Assembly: GCA_964016885.1 (NCBI GenBank)
Contig: OZ024742.1
Location: 291,400,001-291,464,000, forward strand
Reading direction: 5' to 3'
Length of the DNA stretch: 64,000 nt
DNA from: Eledone cirrhosa
Taxonomy: Eukaryota
Position numbers and translations under genes: made by a program. Positions 12,885 to 28,105 of this stretch are shown here, piece after piece; positions within the stretch are counted from its first letter, which is position 1, and every line of letters starts with the position of its first letter. Below the pieces are notes generated by a model, which made no database searches, was not told where the DNA came from, and was given only the letters and a program-made list of their open reading frames with translations.

Positions 12885-15800
12885 TTTAGATATTTTCTTC
12901 ACAGTAACTTGCCTCAAACTATCTTTGACATTTTTAGTGTGTTTGGTTGAAAAATTCCCCAATAAGATTCCAGAAAATAAACTAAAACACCAAACCTCAG
13001 TTACTTTATCCAATATCTTTGAGAGAAACAAGTGAAAGTTACTATTTTAGATGCATGCTATTAAAAATTGTTGAATGATCTTTGTTATGAAATCTTGGCT
13101 AAACTTGGGAACTCTTGGTAGCAATGTCTTAAACAAAATAACAGAAACATGTCTTTAAGGTAAACATTTTGGGAAGAACTATATAGAAAAAAAGAAGACA
13201 ACAGTGAAAACAGCTTTCAGAATATTAACCAAACCAGTAATATAGTCATCTCAAAGTTCTTAAGAACCAAGTGAAAACTTCTTCCACTTCCAACTTTGGT
13301 AAAACATGTCTCAAGAGTATTCAGAAATCCGTCCGCTATTTATGGAACAAGAAATCTTCTGACAACCACTCTTATCAGTATAATATATGATATTGATCTA
13401 AGAAATCAGGACAATATTATCTCTGTATCCACTTATAAACTTCTGTTCACAGGAAAAATGATAAAGTTAGCAGTAGGAAGAACATATTGATCTATTAAAA
13501 ACAGATATAAATGATGTAGGGAGAGGTGGGAAGTAATTAACCTTCAAACTACAAAAGGGGAAGAATTTTATACAATAGTCCTGCTACTGTTCAACAATAT
13601 CAGTTCCAACCAAACTTTGTTTAATACTGGCTACTGTTTGTCTCTCTCTGTGGGTACATACATGTGTGTGTATGTGGTGTTAATTTGGGTGAGTGTGTGT
13701 ATGTATGGAAAGCAGATATAAAATGATGATGATGTTAACATCTGATGACATCACTGGTACAGGTTACAACTGTAGCAATTGTACAACAGTTCCATGCCAG
13801 TATCATAGATTTACGTATAATAAATATGATTATATAACTTCTGTCTTAATAATAGGTTTTCCGGGAATGATTTAAAAAAAAACACAAAAAAACAGACAGA
13901 CAGATACATACCCCCAAATCCCAGGACTTACAAATAAATAGAGAAATGGCACTACTAGGCACTGCACACATATTACGAAAAGTACTTTTCCAACACTACC
14001 AAAAACCACAAAAACTACACTGAAGAACACTACCAAAAACCACAAAAACTACACTGAAGAACACTACCAAAAACCACATTGCACATACCCAAGGCACACA
14101 GAACTGTACTTGGTGATGCAGTGATGATGCACAATAAAAATAATAACAACAACAATAACAATTTCTCTATGGCTGAGAAAAGCTGAGAAATAGTAGGTTG
14201 GCATCTGGCAGGGCATACCTGTGTCATTATCAGAAGTCAGATTTAATTTATCATAGAAATATTTAGTAAAGCAAGACCTTTAGTAACAAAGCTACTAGCT
14301 GTGTTCTACCTCCAACAGTTATTTCTTTGCATCATTCTAACCAATATCATCAATAATCTATAGTTAATAGGTCTGTTTAAAGAACATGTCTTTAGAATTT
14401 ATTAGAACAATTGTCATTGTATTTTTAACCCAATTGATCTCTAAACTGCTCCTTTGAACATATAAATAACCATGACTGCAATCTTTCAAGTAGTTCCATA
14501 TTTGTTGTTCAATTACAGTAGTTGGTATTGAGATGTTTCTAATGTCAACTTATCAGAATTATTTCACAAGAAACACTTCATGTTCTGTCTTCTACCAATC
14601 TTTTCATTCTCATATAAGCTATTGTGACAAGATAGCAAAAAATGACTTTTTGTAACCCTTTCATAACCATATTTCTAATGAAAGGAAATACCTGTCATTT
14701 TCAAATAATTTTGAAAACACTCAAAATTTGGAGAGATTGATAACTATATCACTTTTGAGTTGATGTTTGGAACATAACAAAAGCTTCTATATACAATTAT
14801 GATAAGATTATTTGATAAATATAAACACTTTACTTAGAATCTTTCATTACCCTATTTCTAATGAAAGACACTGCCTATGATTTTCAAATTTTGAAAATAA
14901 TCAAAAAATTGTATGGATTTAGTAATATAGCTAACTTCCTCATTTTTAAACTGATATTTGGAACATGACATACGAAAGTTCTTACATAAAATTATAATGA
15001 GAGGGTTTTCTCTGCTAGCACAAGTTGGATGAATCATCACAGGTGAATCAGAAGAACTATCCTCACAGATAGGCCAAGAGCTTGCAGCTTGCTTACATAT
15101 ATTCATGTACTTTTCAGTTCATTTTATCCTGCGATGTTGTCAACTGAGGAGTCCTTTCAACCCTCTGTTAAGTTTTCTTATGGTTTTATGACTTCCTAAT
15201 CCCTAACACCACATTTCTAATAAAATCCATTGCCTGTGATTTGTGAACTATTTCAAAAGTAATCAAAAACTTGGATTTAATAACATAACCAACACTCTCA
15301 TTATTAAGTTGGTGTTTGGTATCATTATGGGGTCTATTTTGAAGCAATGTCTTACCACTGGATACCTTTCCTGGCACTAACCCTTTTAGTCACATTTAGG
15401 ACACACAAGGATATGGTGTAACTATTCTAAATCAGTTACACAAAGAATCATATACATATATATTCAATAGGATACATAAGGTGGTGTGATTGACAATCTA
15501 CCATAGGGGAAGGATGAGAGGGGGAGAGAGAAGGAGGGAGAGAGAGTATAAGGTATTTAAAAGTGAGGTGTGTGTTAATTAAGGTGTTAATTTAGGACAC
15601 AGGTAATACATATTGACACCTTGTTTACTTTCTATCCTCTTCTCTCATCTCACCAGGTATATTTAGACAGAACTGAGTAGAAATGGGGAGGTGTAGAGGA
15701 CGGGGATGGGTTGTGTGTGTATGTGTGTGTGTGTTAGTGTACTACCTGTATGATGTATCAGAAGTATGTCTGTAATGTGTTTATGTATAATCTGTGTGTG

Positions 15801-15944
15801 TGTGAAGGGTGTATGTGTTGTGTGTCTATATGTGTGCATATGTATCTATAAGTATGTGTATAGAGCATGTATGTAAATATGTATGTATGTATATATGCAT
15901 GTATGAAGTGTATATGTATGTTGCATGTATGCAGCGTGTGTGTA

Positions 15945-15993
<49 letters not shown>

Positions 15994-16802
15994 ATATGTG
16001 TGTATGTATGTACAGACAAGAAGTACTAAGAACCTTTTAGTACAAAGCCATGGATAAAGAACCTAGCTCTCCCATTTATGGTTTCAGTCCATTGTTGTTG
16101 TTGTAGATCCCTCTACTGCCGTTCTAGTTGTTACTGCTGTTGTTTGTTACTAATATTATTTCTGTTGTTGTGTATGTCTATGTGGGGATATAGAAGACAA
16201 TTTGCTATAATTAGAACTATAAATATAACAAACCTGATAGTTCTTCAGATAAAGGAGAGAGAAGGGTGATGCAGTGGTTGTGTAAGTGTGTGTATGTGTG
16301 ACTGTTGGTGTATAGGTGTGTGTGTGCGATAGTTCTTCACACATAGGAGATACAGGTGAAGCACAACAGAGGAGAGAGAGCCATGTGTGTGCTAGGGGTG
16401 AAGATAATTAGTTAATTAGGTCTCCTACTACCACAGTTATTACCTTAACTTGACACACAATCACACTTTACAAAAATATACCAACACACCTACTTAACAA
16501 GAACACACTATCACACACATACATCACATTCAAGAGCATACACACACAAACTTTACAATAACACACACACTCACACAAACTTACTCAATCACTCACTCAC
16601 ACACACAGATACAAATCTTATATTTTTTTTAAAGTTTATATTTAATAGTTAATATATCAGTAAAATATGTTTTAGTAAATATTCACTGATAGCAGGCTGT
16701 CCAAACCTCTTAGTTCTATAAAACAAAATCACCCATTTTAAAGGGATTCTGTTGAAACTAAAACCTTCCAAAATAATTTGATATAAGAACCTTTTGTTAC
16801 AA

Positions 16803-18281
16803 ATACCACGTGCTATAATCTGGTGGGCTCTTAGAAAACTAAGAGTAGATGAATGGCTTGTGAAAGCTGTACAAGCCATGTATAGGAGAGCAGTCAGCAA
16901 AGTTAGCATTAGCAATGACTATAGCGAGGAATTTAGCATACATGTTGGTGTCCACCAGGGCTCTGTTCTTAGCCCTCACTTGTTCATCAGTTTTGCAGGC
17001 AATAACGGAGGAGTTTAAGACTGGATACCCATGGGAACTCCTGTATGCAGATGACCTCGCACTTATAGCTGAATCTATGGTAGAACTAGAGAAGAAATTC
17101 CAAACATGGAAGCAGGGACTAGAAAGAAAGGGTCTCAAAGTCAACCTGTAAGTATACGAGAAAACAGAACCCAGATCCCCTCAGGGAAATGGCTTTGCTC
17201 AGTATGTAGGAAAGGTGTAGGTAGGAACTCCATCCTCTGCCCCAAATGCAAAAAATGAGTACACAAGAGATGTAGTGGGATCTCAGGAAGCTTAACTAAG
17301 AATGTAGGCTTCACATTTAGCAGCTGCGCTGGAACAGCAAGCAGCAAACAGCCACAGGAAACAAGTACCACAAAACTCTGGGAGGGCTCTCTAGAAACAG
17401 AGTAGACAGCTTCTGCTACCTAGATGACCGAATTAGCAGCGGAGGTGGGTGTTCGGAAAGTACAATAACTAGAGTAAGAACGGGATGGAAGAAGTTCAGG
17501 GAGCTACTGCCACTGCTAGCTGCAAAAGGCTTTTCTCTCAAAATGAAAGGCAGACTGTATGATGCGTGTATACGAACAGCAATGTTACATGGTAGTGAGA
17601 CCTGGGCACTGTCTGTAGAAGACTTGCGTAGATTAGAAAGAAACAAAGCTTGCATTCTCCGATGGATGTGTAATAGTAATATACGCGAACGACAAAGCAT
17701 AAATGAATTGAGAGAGAGACTGAGCATAAGAGGAATCAAATGCTGTGTGCAGGAGAGGTGGTTGCATTGGTATGGACATGTGATGCGTATGAAGGATGAC
17801 AGCTGCATAAAAAGGTGCAGAGCACTAGAAGTCGATGGAAGCCGCGGAATGGGGAGACCCAAGAAGACCTGGGATGAGGTGATAAAAGCCGACCTTACCC
17901 AATTACACCTCTCAAAGGCGATGACACACAACTGTGACCTCTGGTGTCATGCAGTAATACAGAAGACCCGACCCCCCATGGGTACAAGCCGAAGCTGAAG
18001 CATATAGACAATATGCCCCACACCCTCCCACTGCAAAAAAGCACCCAGCCCACATTGTAAAGTGAACGTGAAGGCGCCACGGAAAAAAAGCACCCAGCAC
18101 TCACTGTAAATGAGGTTGGTGTTAGGAAGGGCATCCAGCTGTAGAAATCAAGCCAGAATCAGTTCCCGTATGAGCAAGGCATGGTCAGCCGACTGGCTAC
18201 TGCCCACAAGAGGACGACCTGACTAACCTATGCTAGCGTGGAAGAATAGACGTAAGATGATGATGATGATGATGATGATGA
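16803..18281 (+). mobile_element. RTE-clade LINE 3' half, degraded
   Basis: WWALRKL..GVHQGSVLSP, WELLYADDL, LHGSETW, WYGHVMRM, GRPKKTW in shifting frames; repeat-bearing 3' UTR; (GAT)n tail. Confidence 0.93.
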
Positions 18282-20020
18282 CCACCTTCAAAATGAAACA
18301 GTGAACCTTTTGGTAACAAATCTAGTTCAATTCCAGAACCTTATTCATTACAACACCAATTAAAAATCTATGTAATTAGGGACAATTCCTTCCTAAATCT
18401 CAACAAATACCAAAACTCTATGCACCAAGCAACCTTTTAAAAAATAAAACACAATTATAACTAACAAATAATTGGTTATAACAAAAACAATGTAATACAT
18501 GTATAGTAAATACAAGAACAAATAAACAAAGAAAAAACAACAAAAAAGCTTTTGATTTGGGGGTGAGGGGCTTCTTTACACCTGTTTTGTCTTGCTTGAT
18601 ACATCTCAGAAAAATACAAACTTATATTTTACAGTCACCAGATTGTTGTGGAGTGAGGAGTGTGTGTTGCACAAAACAATGCTTACAAGACAAACACCAC
18701 CTGTAAAGTGAAGCTAAATGATTATAAAAGCCAGCCAAGTAATACACTAATACATCTACACACACAATTTGTATAAGTAAGTCCAAGTAGTCTTTTGTAA
18801 CTTAAGTTTGTAATTTGTTAGTTTTGTATGGAAATCTTTTGTTGATATCATTTCATGTTACCAAATTAATTGCAAAGTATTCATTAGCATGAGATTTGAT
18901 ATCACAGATATTTGTTACCAAGAGATATTTTGAGACCAATCTGGCCTAAACTGACCTGAGTTCTATGAAAGAAAACCGCCTATTTCAAACAATTCCTGTA
19001 CAAATTTATATCTTCCAACATGATATTATACAAGAACAATCTTTTATGTTATTATATTAGGAATGAAATAATTAATCATTTGAGTAAATCCTTCAAAATC
19101 CTGCATTAATTAATTGAAAGAGTATATTTCATTATAAATACAGTAATGAAAGGGTTAATAAAAAAAATTAGTAAATCCCTCTAAATTTTTCATTAATTAA
19201 TTCAAACACAGTGTATTTCATTAAAGATATGGTAATGAATGGGTTGAAAATCAGGAGGGAGTGGTGAGTGGGATGGGAGGGCATATTAAGATGTCACTAT
19301 ATTATATTAATTACCTATCAGATTTGGAGAGAGAATGTTGGCTGATTCTCAAGAGGCAAACACTTTATTTGTTTGCCAAATATTTTACTAATCGACAACA
19401 TATTTTCTGCTTGCTGTCTGGAATGGTAACAAAGAAGTTGCATTGTAATTAACAAAGTATATATTCCATGTTGTTGACATGTCTTAAAGTCTTATAGTAA
19501 TGCTAGTGATGAAAATTACAGTACCATCATAGGTGTAATTGTATATTGTCCATGGTACTGAAGTCTTGTAGAGATGGTAGCAATGGCAGTGAGCCATAAA
19601 ATCATGTAATGATGTATGTAACAGAAAATATCTAAAAACGGGAGTTGTTAATTAAAATGCGTATAGTATCCTTATTAAGGGACAGAGTGTTACAAAAATT
19701 TGCTATATTCAAGTAAAGGCTTTACTATTTAATGTGATGCAGTCATAGTGTTGTTTTGTATTTAAAAAAAAGGCCTTACAGTACAGGATGTTAAAAGTTA
19801 AAGTGCCATTGTAGATATGAAAGTATATCTTCCATGGCGATGCTATGTAAAGTGACATCAACTGGTGCCATAGAATTAACCATTCATAACAATATTTCTA
19901 ATGAAAGAATCACAAAAAATTTGGAGAGATTTAGTAATGTAACTAACTCATTACCAAGCTAGTGCCTGGGATATAGCAAAGGTTCTTGCACAAAATTCTG
20001 ATGGAAGGTTTTTAAATAAA

Positions 20021-20220
20021 TACAACTAAAATTCTGTTATAACGAATACCATTATAACGAATTTTTCAGTATAACGAATTTTTCAGTATAACGAAATTGT
20101 TTTCAATCCCCGAGATAAACGAATGCTCAAACTGTTTCAGTTGATCTCCTTATAAAAAATTTTTTATTACAACAAATTTTTTTTATATTCCATGAATTTT
20201 GTTATGGATTTCACTTTATA
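20021..20220. mobile_element. Tigger/pogo-like MITE, degenerate
   Basis: TA-flanked, with internal TATAACGAA repeats and a loosely inverted right end. Confidence 0.45.
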
Positions 20221-23200
20221 AACATTTAACCCCTTTTTTACTATATCTCCCAAAATTCTTGATTATTTAAAACATTATAGACTACATATTTCAATAGAAA
20301 TATAGTAAGGAAATGTTTAAAGTGTATATATTTATCTAAAAACATCTTCCATCATAATTTTATTTAAGAAGCTTTGTTAATTTATGTTCATAGCACAAAC
20401 TTAATGGTTTCTAATTTATGCACAATACCAAGAAATTTAAGGGAAGGGAAACATTGATTAAATCAACTTCATTACCCAACCAGTACTTTATTTTATAGAC
20501 ACTGAAAGGATGAAAAACAGTTTACTTTGGAAGCATGTAAACTCAGAGCATAAAAAGCTGAAAAAAAAAAAACACCATAAAGTATTTGTCCATTGCCCTA
20601 ATAATTCTGTCAATTCACCACACTACACCAATATTTTATCAAGAATATTGACGAGGAATGTAACACAAGCAGTGAATTGGTAGAGTGTTTAGTGTAGGAC
20701 AAAATGCCTCATGGTTAATGGTATGTGTTCCAATTCTTTGCATTCTGAGTTCAAATTTCTCTGAGGTTAGGTTAGCTTTGCCTTTCATCTTTTAGGTGTT
20801 GATAAAAAAAACTATCAGTCTCGGGTGGTGGCTTGATGGAATTGCTAGTGTTGGAAGAGTTGCCTTGTGGTATTTGTTCTAGCTCTCTTACTAAATCCTT
20901 ATGAAAATCATAGGTAGTGTCTTTCATTAGAAATATGGTAATGAAACAAAGTGTTTATATTTATCTAAAAATCTTCCATCATAATTTTATGTAAGAACCT
21001 TTGTTATGGTCTAAACAACAGCGTAATAATGAAAAGGTTAGATATATTACTAAATTCTTCCAAATTCATGATTATTTTCGGAAAACCATAGGCAGTGTTT
21101 TTTTATTGGAACTATGGAAATATGACAGCTGCTGCTAACACAGGAATATTCACAAGAAATTCTGGTTTCTACATTACACTTTAACAATGTCTTTATGGCA
21201 ATCTTCCCTCTTTTAGACTGTCATTATGGAGAAATGGTTGATTAAGTACAAAGAATAAACTGGAATGTAGATAAATCTATCATCAAAAGTTTCAATATGC
21301 CAGCCATGGCTGAAACACCTTTGATCATATGTCTGTCCAGTTTAGCTTGTTCTGGGGTTAAAAAATAATAAGGGTTTTAAAGCCATTTTCCTTGTTAAAT
21401 GGCTTGCAAGCTTTATGACAAGCTTAACTCATTTGTGATCATAATTCCAATGAAATACACTCAATTAATTATTCAAGAACTTTCACGGATTTACTAAAAT
21501 TATTAAATATTTCATTACTAAGATAGTAACCTAACATGATTCTTATATAAACTTATGTTGGAAGATTTTAATTTAATCAGGAACTCTTTAAAATGAGTGG
21601 TTTTGTTTCATAGAACCAGAGCTGGTTTTGGCTGTTTTAATATTGAAAGGGTTAATAGGAGAGTTCACTAAAGATGAAGGTGTTTGTCCTAGTGATAAAG
21701 TGTTGAACTATCATGGTTTTAATTCTTGGACTGAGTGGCATAATGTATTCTTGAACAAGACACTTCATTTCACATTACTCCAGTTCACTAAACTGAATAA
21801 GATTAGTACCAGTAGCAGCAGCAGGAAAAGGTTAATACTGTGATGGACAAACATTCCATGAAACCACAATAAGCTCTGACCTGATGAGCCTTTAGGTTTT
21901 GGGACAAACTTTAATTTGCTTTCATTAAAAATGAAACTTATAAATGACTAGTTACTAGATTTTAGTAACTAATTATATAAAATACAACTGTTTCCACAGT
22001 ACACAGAACAATAATTTCTAACTTTCTTTACACTGATTATGTTTACATTTAAAACTCCAGAATGTCCAGTATTAATTTTGATCAAAGTTATCATCATCAA
22101 ACATCTTTTCTTCCATGCTGGCATGGGTGGATAGGTTGTCACAGATCAGGACAGAGTTAATACTCTTCCAGATAGACAGGGGACCTATATCTTGTATACA
22201 TTCCTGTTTTGGTATGGTTTCTATCACCAACCACTTTACAGTGTGTACTGGGTGCATTTTATCATGGTATCAGCATTAGGGAGGCTGTCACATCTTTCAC
22301 AATACTAAAGACCCCTCTCAACATGTAGATGCCCTCCCTATCACCAACCACTTCATGAGGTGTACTTTATCATGGCACTAGCACTAGGGAGATTATCCTT
22401 TTGACTTTGCTTGGCATGGTCTTTAAGGCAGTAAAGTAATCAAAACATTACTTAGTTTTGCTCACCAACATCCAACTGAGTTTCATAAATAGTGATTTAG
22501 AAAACACAAAATATAGCAACATTGGATTCACTTTGGATTGTTTTAATTTAGAGGCCTGATTATATTTCAAATTATCCCTTAATTAGACTAATTAATTCCA
22601 ATGAGAGAATAATATATTTAATTAGAGGCAATTAAGATTAGCAGCTGCTGTTACCTGGTCACTGCTGATCACCTGGCTCCATTTATATAATGAAACAGTG
22701 TCAGAATAGCTGTAAGGATGATGATGTTGGATGACTGATTGCATGGTTAGTAATCTGAATCTTGCTTAAGATATTATGGTGTTAATTAGCAATAACAGGA
22801 ACACAGGAGTGATGAGGTAGGTATGACATGTTCACAGCTTAAAACACAGTGAGACTAAAATGTATGATTATTATACAAAAATATATTATTATACTTAAAT
22901 ATATTGTATACAGATTAATATACACTTTTATTAGGTAGTAGTCTAGGCAAGATACATAACTCTACTTACCTTAACCCTTTTTATACCAACCCATACAAAA
23001 CCCTGTGTTTCTATGAAACAAAGCCACCCATTTTAAAGGATTCCTATATAAATTAAAATCTTCCAACACAATTTGATATAAAATGTCTGTTAAATTATGT
23101 AACAAATACCATCTTAATAATAAAATAATTTTTAGCAAATTCCTCAAAATTCTTCATGAATTAATTGAAATGCAGTGTATTTTATTAAAAATACAGTCAG

Positions 23201-24125
23201 GAATGAAGTCACATTTTTTATGCCAACTCACCACACCACATCACCTCTGGTTTAATGAGACAAAATGGTTTCTATTTAACATTTGTTTTGTTATTGTTTA
23301 GCCCCATGTCAAGTCAAACTGAACAGACTTATGATCAAAAGTGTTCTGGTCAAGAGCACTTTGTTTTATTTTTTTTTATATCTAGGACCACATGGTCCAA
23401 CATATCTCTCCTTCTTTAAGATGGTTGGATATGGTCTAAGGTAGGTTTGACTGTTGTTTTTAGCATAATCAAATGACAGTGATTATAGATCTACCATTTC
23501 TAACTTTATTGATCACTAGCATTAGTACCCAATGCTGCTGAAGAAAGAGATGACTCAGTCGGTGAAGAATTTCTTTGAAAATAATGTAATGAAATAGAGT
23601 ATATTGTATTAGAAATATTGTCATGAAAGGGTTAACAAAATACACCATTTTCATATTCTTGTTGAAAAGTCTCCAGTAAAATTGGTAACCAAGCCAAAAA
23701 TATCAGCTCCATCAATATATGTAAAATACCAAATTATGAAAAACATCCCACTGATACAAATGGGGGTGTAAAGATGTATAGTCTAATGGTTAGGCTGTTG
23801 GGTTTAAGATTTTAATGTTGTGGGTTGATTCCTGGACTGGGTGGTCTGTTGTGTTCTTGAACAAAACACTTCATTTCCCATTGCTCCAGTCCAACACAGT
23901 TGAAAATAAATACTAGCACCATGCCTTGAACTCTAGCATTTAACACCAATGTAGTTGGGATAAACTTTGACTTGATGAGCCTTTGGGCTTGGGACAGATT
24001 AATTAACTTTGAGATATAAATGGGAAATAAACATTACAAAAATGGCAAAAAATTAGAAAAGAAAAAAATATTGTTTCTATAATTACTTATTGTGAGAATA
24101 AAATGTGTAAAATACAATGCCTTAC

Positions 24126-24222
24126 CAGCAGCACTAATGCCAGAGGTCCGAGGTAAACAATGAACGCAAAGAAGAGGATCATGAGCCAAGTAAAAATGCC
24201 ACGAATAACCCAGTTTCTCCAT
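24126..24222 (-). CDS. Cds: CDP-diacylglycerol synthase, next coding exon, 97 nt, phase 2 to 0 (first transmembrane segment)
   Basis: Acceptor aaattacag|A and donor CTG|gtaagg. With the carried AG it reads [33 protein letters not shown], the conserved RWKNWxxRGIxT...YLGP motif of CDS1/CDS2/Drosophila Cds. The ORF track shows this region in a different frame. Confidence 0.95.
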
Positions 24223-24959
24223 CTGTAATTTTAGAAATCAAATATTAGATAAAATTCATATTATAATAACCATATAGCCAATGCTATTTTTTGTCAAAAC
24301 ATTAACAAACTTTATATCTAGAATTCATGGAAAACAATTGTAAAACAAAAGGGTGGAGGAGGCAAATGTTTTAAAATGCTTTCATTCATACCAGAAATCA
24401 GTGTCTTTCTCTGTCAACATTGCTGGTTGTCTCTCTCTGTCTATGTATGTATAGTGTATGTATAAAATAAATAATATCACCAAAGGTTTAGGGGGAATTT
24501 ACACCATTTTATTAGTTTCACATACAATTCACCAAATGCAGAAAATATCTATAGATAGGGGTGAATAAACATTTTTTAAAATCATATCAATATATGGAAT
24601 TAAATCTATTTACAAGTAAACATGTTAAAATGAAGGGAAACTAAAAATATAAAATAAAATAAATGAAAATATCCCTACATATATTAATTTTCAATATGTT
24701 TGGATCCTCAGAAACATCAGAATGTATGAAAATACTTCAAATTTAGGGGAGGAACATTGATTTAGGAGATGTGTTGATATTATGGTGTAATATTGATATA
24801 AAGAATGTAGGCTTTGTATGTGGCTGGCTAGCAAAGAATGTAGGTATTGCATGTGGTTGATGCACAAGAGCAGTAAGCAACAAGAGCCTATAGGAAACAA
24901 GCCCTATCAAATGTTCAGATGCTTTTTCTACTCGGGGATGGGGGAGGAGGAATTAGCAG

Positions 24960-25480
24960 TGGGGGTGGGTGTTTTCAAAGTGCAATAACCAGAGTGAGGA
25001 TGGGTTGGAAAAAATTCAGGAAGCTACTACCACTGCTTGCTACAAAGGGTTTCACCTCAGAGTGAGAGGCTGATTGCATGCTGCTTGGGTGTGAACAGCA
25101 ATGCTACATGATAGTGAGGCTTGGGCTATGTGATTGGAGGACTTCTGGAGATTGGAAAGAAATGAGGCAAGCATGCTTTGATGGATGTGTAATCATAGTA
25201 TACATGAACGATGAAATATAAATGAGCTAAGAGAAAAACCGGGCATAAAAAGCATTGGTTGCAGTGTGCAAGAGAGGAGACTGTGATGTGTATAAAGGCT
25301 GACAGCTGCATAAAGAAATGTGGAGCACTCAAAATCAAACGTACCCTTGGATGGGGAAGGCCTAGGAAAACATGGGATAATGTGGTGAAAGCTGATCTCA
25401 CAAAGGAGATGACTCAGTATTGAGAAAACTGGCGATATTCCATGCAAATGGAATGAAGCAGAACAAAGCGGATGGCAAAC
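24960..25480 (+). mobile_element. Old RTE-clade LINE 3' fragment
   Basis: Diverged nucleotide match to 17440-17960 (GGTTGGAAAAAATTCAGGAAGCTACTACCACTG..GGAAGGCCTAGGAAAACATGGGAT). Confidence 0.8.
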
Positions 25481-25991
25481 CACAAACCTCTTTCCACCTC
25501 TTTCTCCAAAAAACAGAGAGGTGATACAAGACATGGGTCCCTCTCAACACCTCCTGCCTGCTAGTATGCCTCTGATTCCATTCTCTACCATAAACCCAAA
25601 GAAGCAGAGAAATGAAACAACATTCAGTTCCTTGCTTGGTCCAACCCATGCTAGCAAGGAAAACACTCCTAGGCCATTAAGGGCAATAAAAAGAACTTTC
25701 ATAGTTTTGACCCCTATCAACAGTAGTGCTTGTCCATTCAAGTTCACAATGTCTAACAAGATAGTTAAACTGTCCTGGTGTATTTTAGAAGATGAAAATG
25801 AAGCAGAACTTGCATGAAATTAGTACACGACGAGGACAAAATATGTAGATAATTAAATGTTTGTCATTTAAGTAGAATAATCCACAAACAAAACTTTGTT
25901 ACAATTTTGTGAAGAAAGTAAAATATTACAGCAATACAACGGGAGGAAGCATAATATCACTGATGATGTCACAGGTGTGTGACGAAAGAAA

Positions 25992-26368
25992 TCATCATCA
26001 TCATCGTTTAATGTCCATTTTCCCACTTGAGGCAAGATTGGTTGTCTTGCTCGTATAGGACTGTCTTGCGGGTTTTCTACGGCTGGCTGCCCTTCCTAAC
26101 ACCAACCACGTTTACAGTGTGGACTGGGAGGTTTTTACCGTGTTATCTACACGGCCACATTACAGCGTGGACTGTGTGTTTTTTTTGTCATGACACCTAC
26201 ACGACCTCATTTGTTTCGAACTGGATGTTGTGGTATCAACATAACTTTACATTGGAAGGGGTGGTGTGGATGGGGTGGGGGTAGTGGGGCCGGGATGTAT
26301 TTTTGTTAGAGGTGCCTACTGACTGTAGGTTTCGTTTTGTACTTAGGCAAGGCGGGTCTTCTGTATTA
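25992..26368 (-). mobile_element. RTE LINE 3' UTR fragment
   Basis: Colinear with 4221-4630, with a (CAT)n tail on the plus strand. Confidence 0.88.
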
Positions 26369-27877
26369 AGGCGTATATTAACTCTGTATATATATTTTTT
26401 AACTGTTGATCAATCAATGATAAACACTGATTGCCAGCTGAATTAATTATAGAAATATAAAATATACTGAAGCAAAAAAACCAAACCAAACAGTGAGTGT
26501 GTTTTATTATACATTTCTGGCAATATTACAACAGCATGACCCTCCCCGAATATAACAGTAAAATATTAATTATTCCACTTATTTTGGGGCTGTAAAACAA
26601 TGGGTTATGTACTCAAAACAATAGGTTGGGTCTTTAAAAGAATCGGTTATATACTAGTGTTAGATAAATATCAGAGACATGAATGTTATATCTGTTATGT
26701 AGACAGCACAAGAAGACAACCACCAGTAGAAAGGTAAACGAACAGAAATACTAGAAAACCTAAAGAAAAAAAAAAAAAATCAAGTAGATAACACAAAAAC
26801 AACCTCTTCTGAAAAATAAATCCATTACTGAAAGTAAAGTGTAAGGAGGCATAGTTCTTGGTTGAAAAATAATCAACATCTCACCAGCTACCATCTCAAC
26901 ATCTACTAAACTGATGCACATTTCTGCATTTTTCCTCTGCAAATAGCTGCAGTAGGTTTTATCTAGCACCATTAAAGACATAGGGGAAGTTTCAGTTTGC
27001 ACGTGATGGTGGTGGTAGTGATAGTAGTGGTGGTGGAGGCAGTAGTGTGTGAGGTAATTGTGGTGGTGATAGTATGTGTAGTAGTGATGGCAGTGTTGGT
27101 GGTAGTGGTGTTGGAAGTTATAGTAATACTGATAGTGGTGGTGGTGGTGGTAGTGAGTTCTTTAAGAAAGAACCAATCCAGGCATGTGTTGTTTTGTAGA
27201 TATGGTTCTTTAAGAAATAAAATATCATTTCTTTGTCGATTTAGATTCTTTCAAAGGTAAACTATTGGTATTCCAGAGAATACTACTAATATACACAATC
27301 AATGTTTTACCTTGACTACTACATTTTTATCCACGGCAAATTTCAATGTCTTGAGGCCCTTCCTGATGCCAATGTATACTATTCAATACAGTAGAGATTC
27401 ACTAACTTAACAGTTTGCTTTGGAAGGAAAGACAAACACAAATATTTAATTACATACAAATGACATACTTTCACAGAGTTTCCATCTACCAGATTCACTC
27501 AAAAGGCATATTCATTGATTGGCCTGAGGTTAAAGGAGAAGACACTTGCCCAAGGTGCCACACAGTAGGACACTTAGTATTGACAGTCATGAGAGTGAAT
27601 TTTTAACAACAGTGATTAATATTTTATTTATGTTATTCTGAAGTACCAGAAATCTAACTTGGGCGTAACATATATATATATATATATACAGCCGCGTAAA
27701 GGGCACGGCAGCTTCCCTAGTGTTGGTGATCTACACAATAAATGCACACTGTATATGCTGCAAAGTGGCTGGTGATAGGAAGGCCATCCAGTCATAGTAA
27801 TATTGCCAAACAAAAGGGTTGGGAGGATCCACAGTTGTGTCAAAGACATGACAACCTCTCCTTTGCAGTGATTTACT

Positions 27878-28105
27878 CAGTGAAACTGCTCTGATCCACT
27901 CATTAAAACCCTTCTCTTCTCTGATTCACACATTGAAAACTCTTCTTTGAACTACACATTGAAAATGCCCTGATCCACACAGTAAAACTGTTCTGATACA
28001 TGAAACTCAGGTCTTGCGCACATATTGAAACTGCTCTGATCTGCACATTAAAACTGCTCTGAACCACACATTGAAACTGCTCTGATTCACACTTTGAAAC
28101 ACTTC
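27878..28105. repeat. Degenerate ~24-bp minisatellite
   Basis: Repeated GAAAACTGCTCTGATCCACACATT-like units. Confidence 0.8.

Noticed and set aside
21875-21915. Hammerhead ribozyme core CTGATGA
   Set aside because: No stem II followed by GAAA and no stem III; it is part of a SINE tail.
24034-24222. ORF-track peptide [10 protein letters not shown]...
   Set aside because: Wrong frame of the Cds exon.
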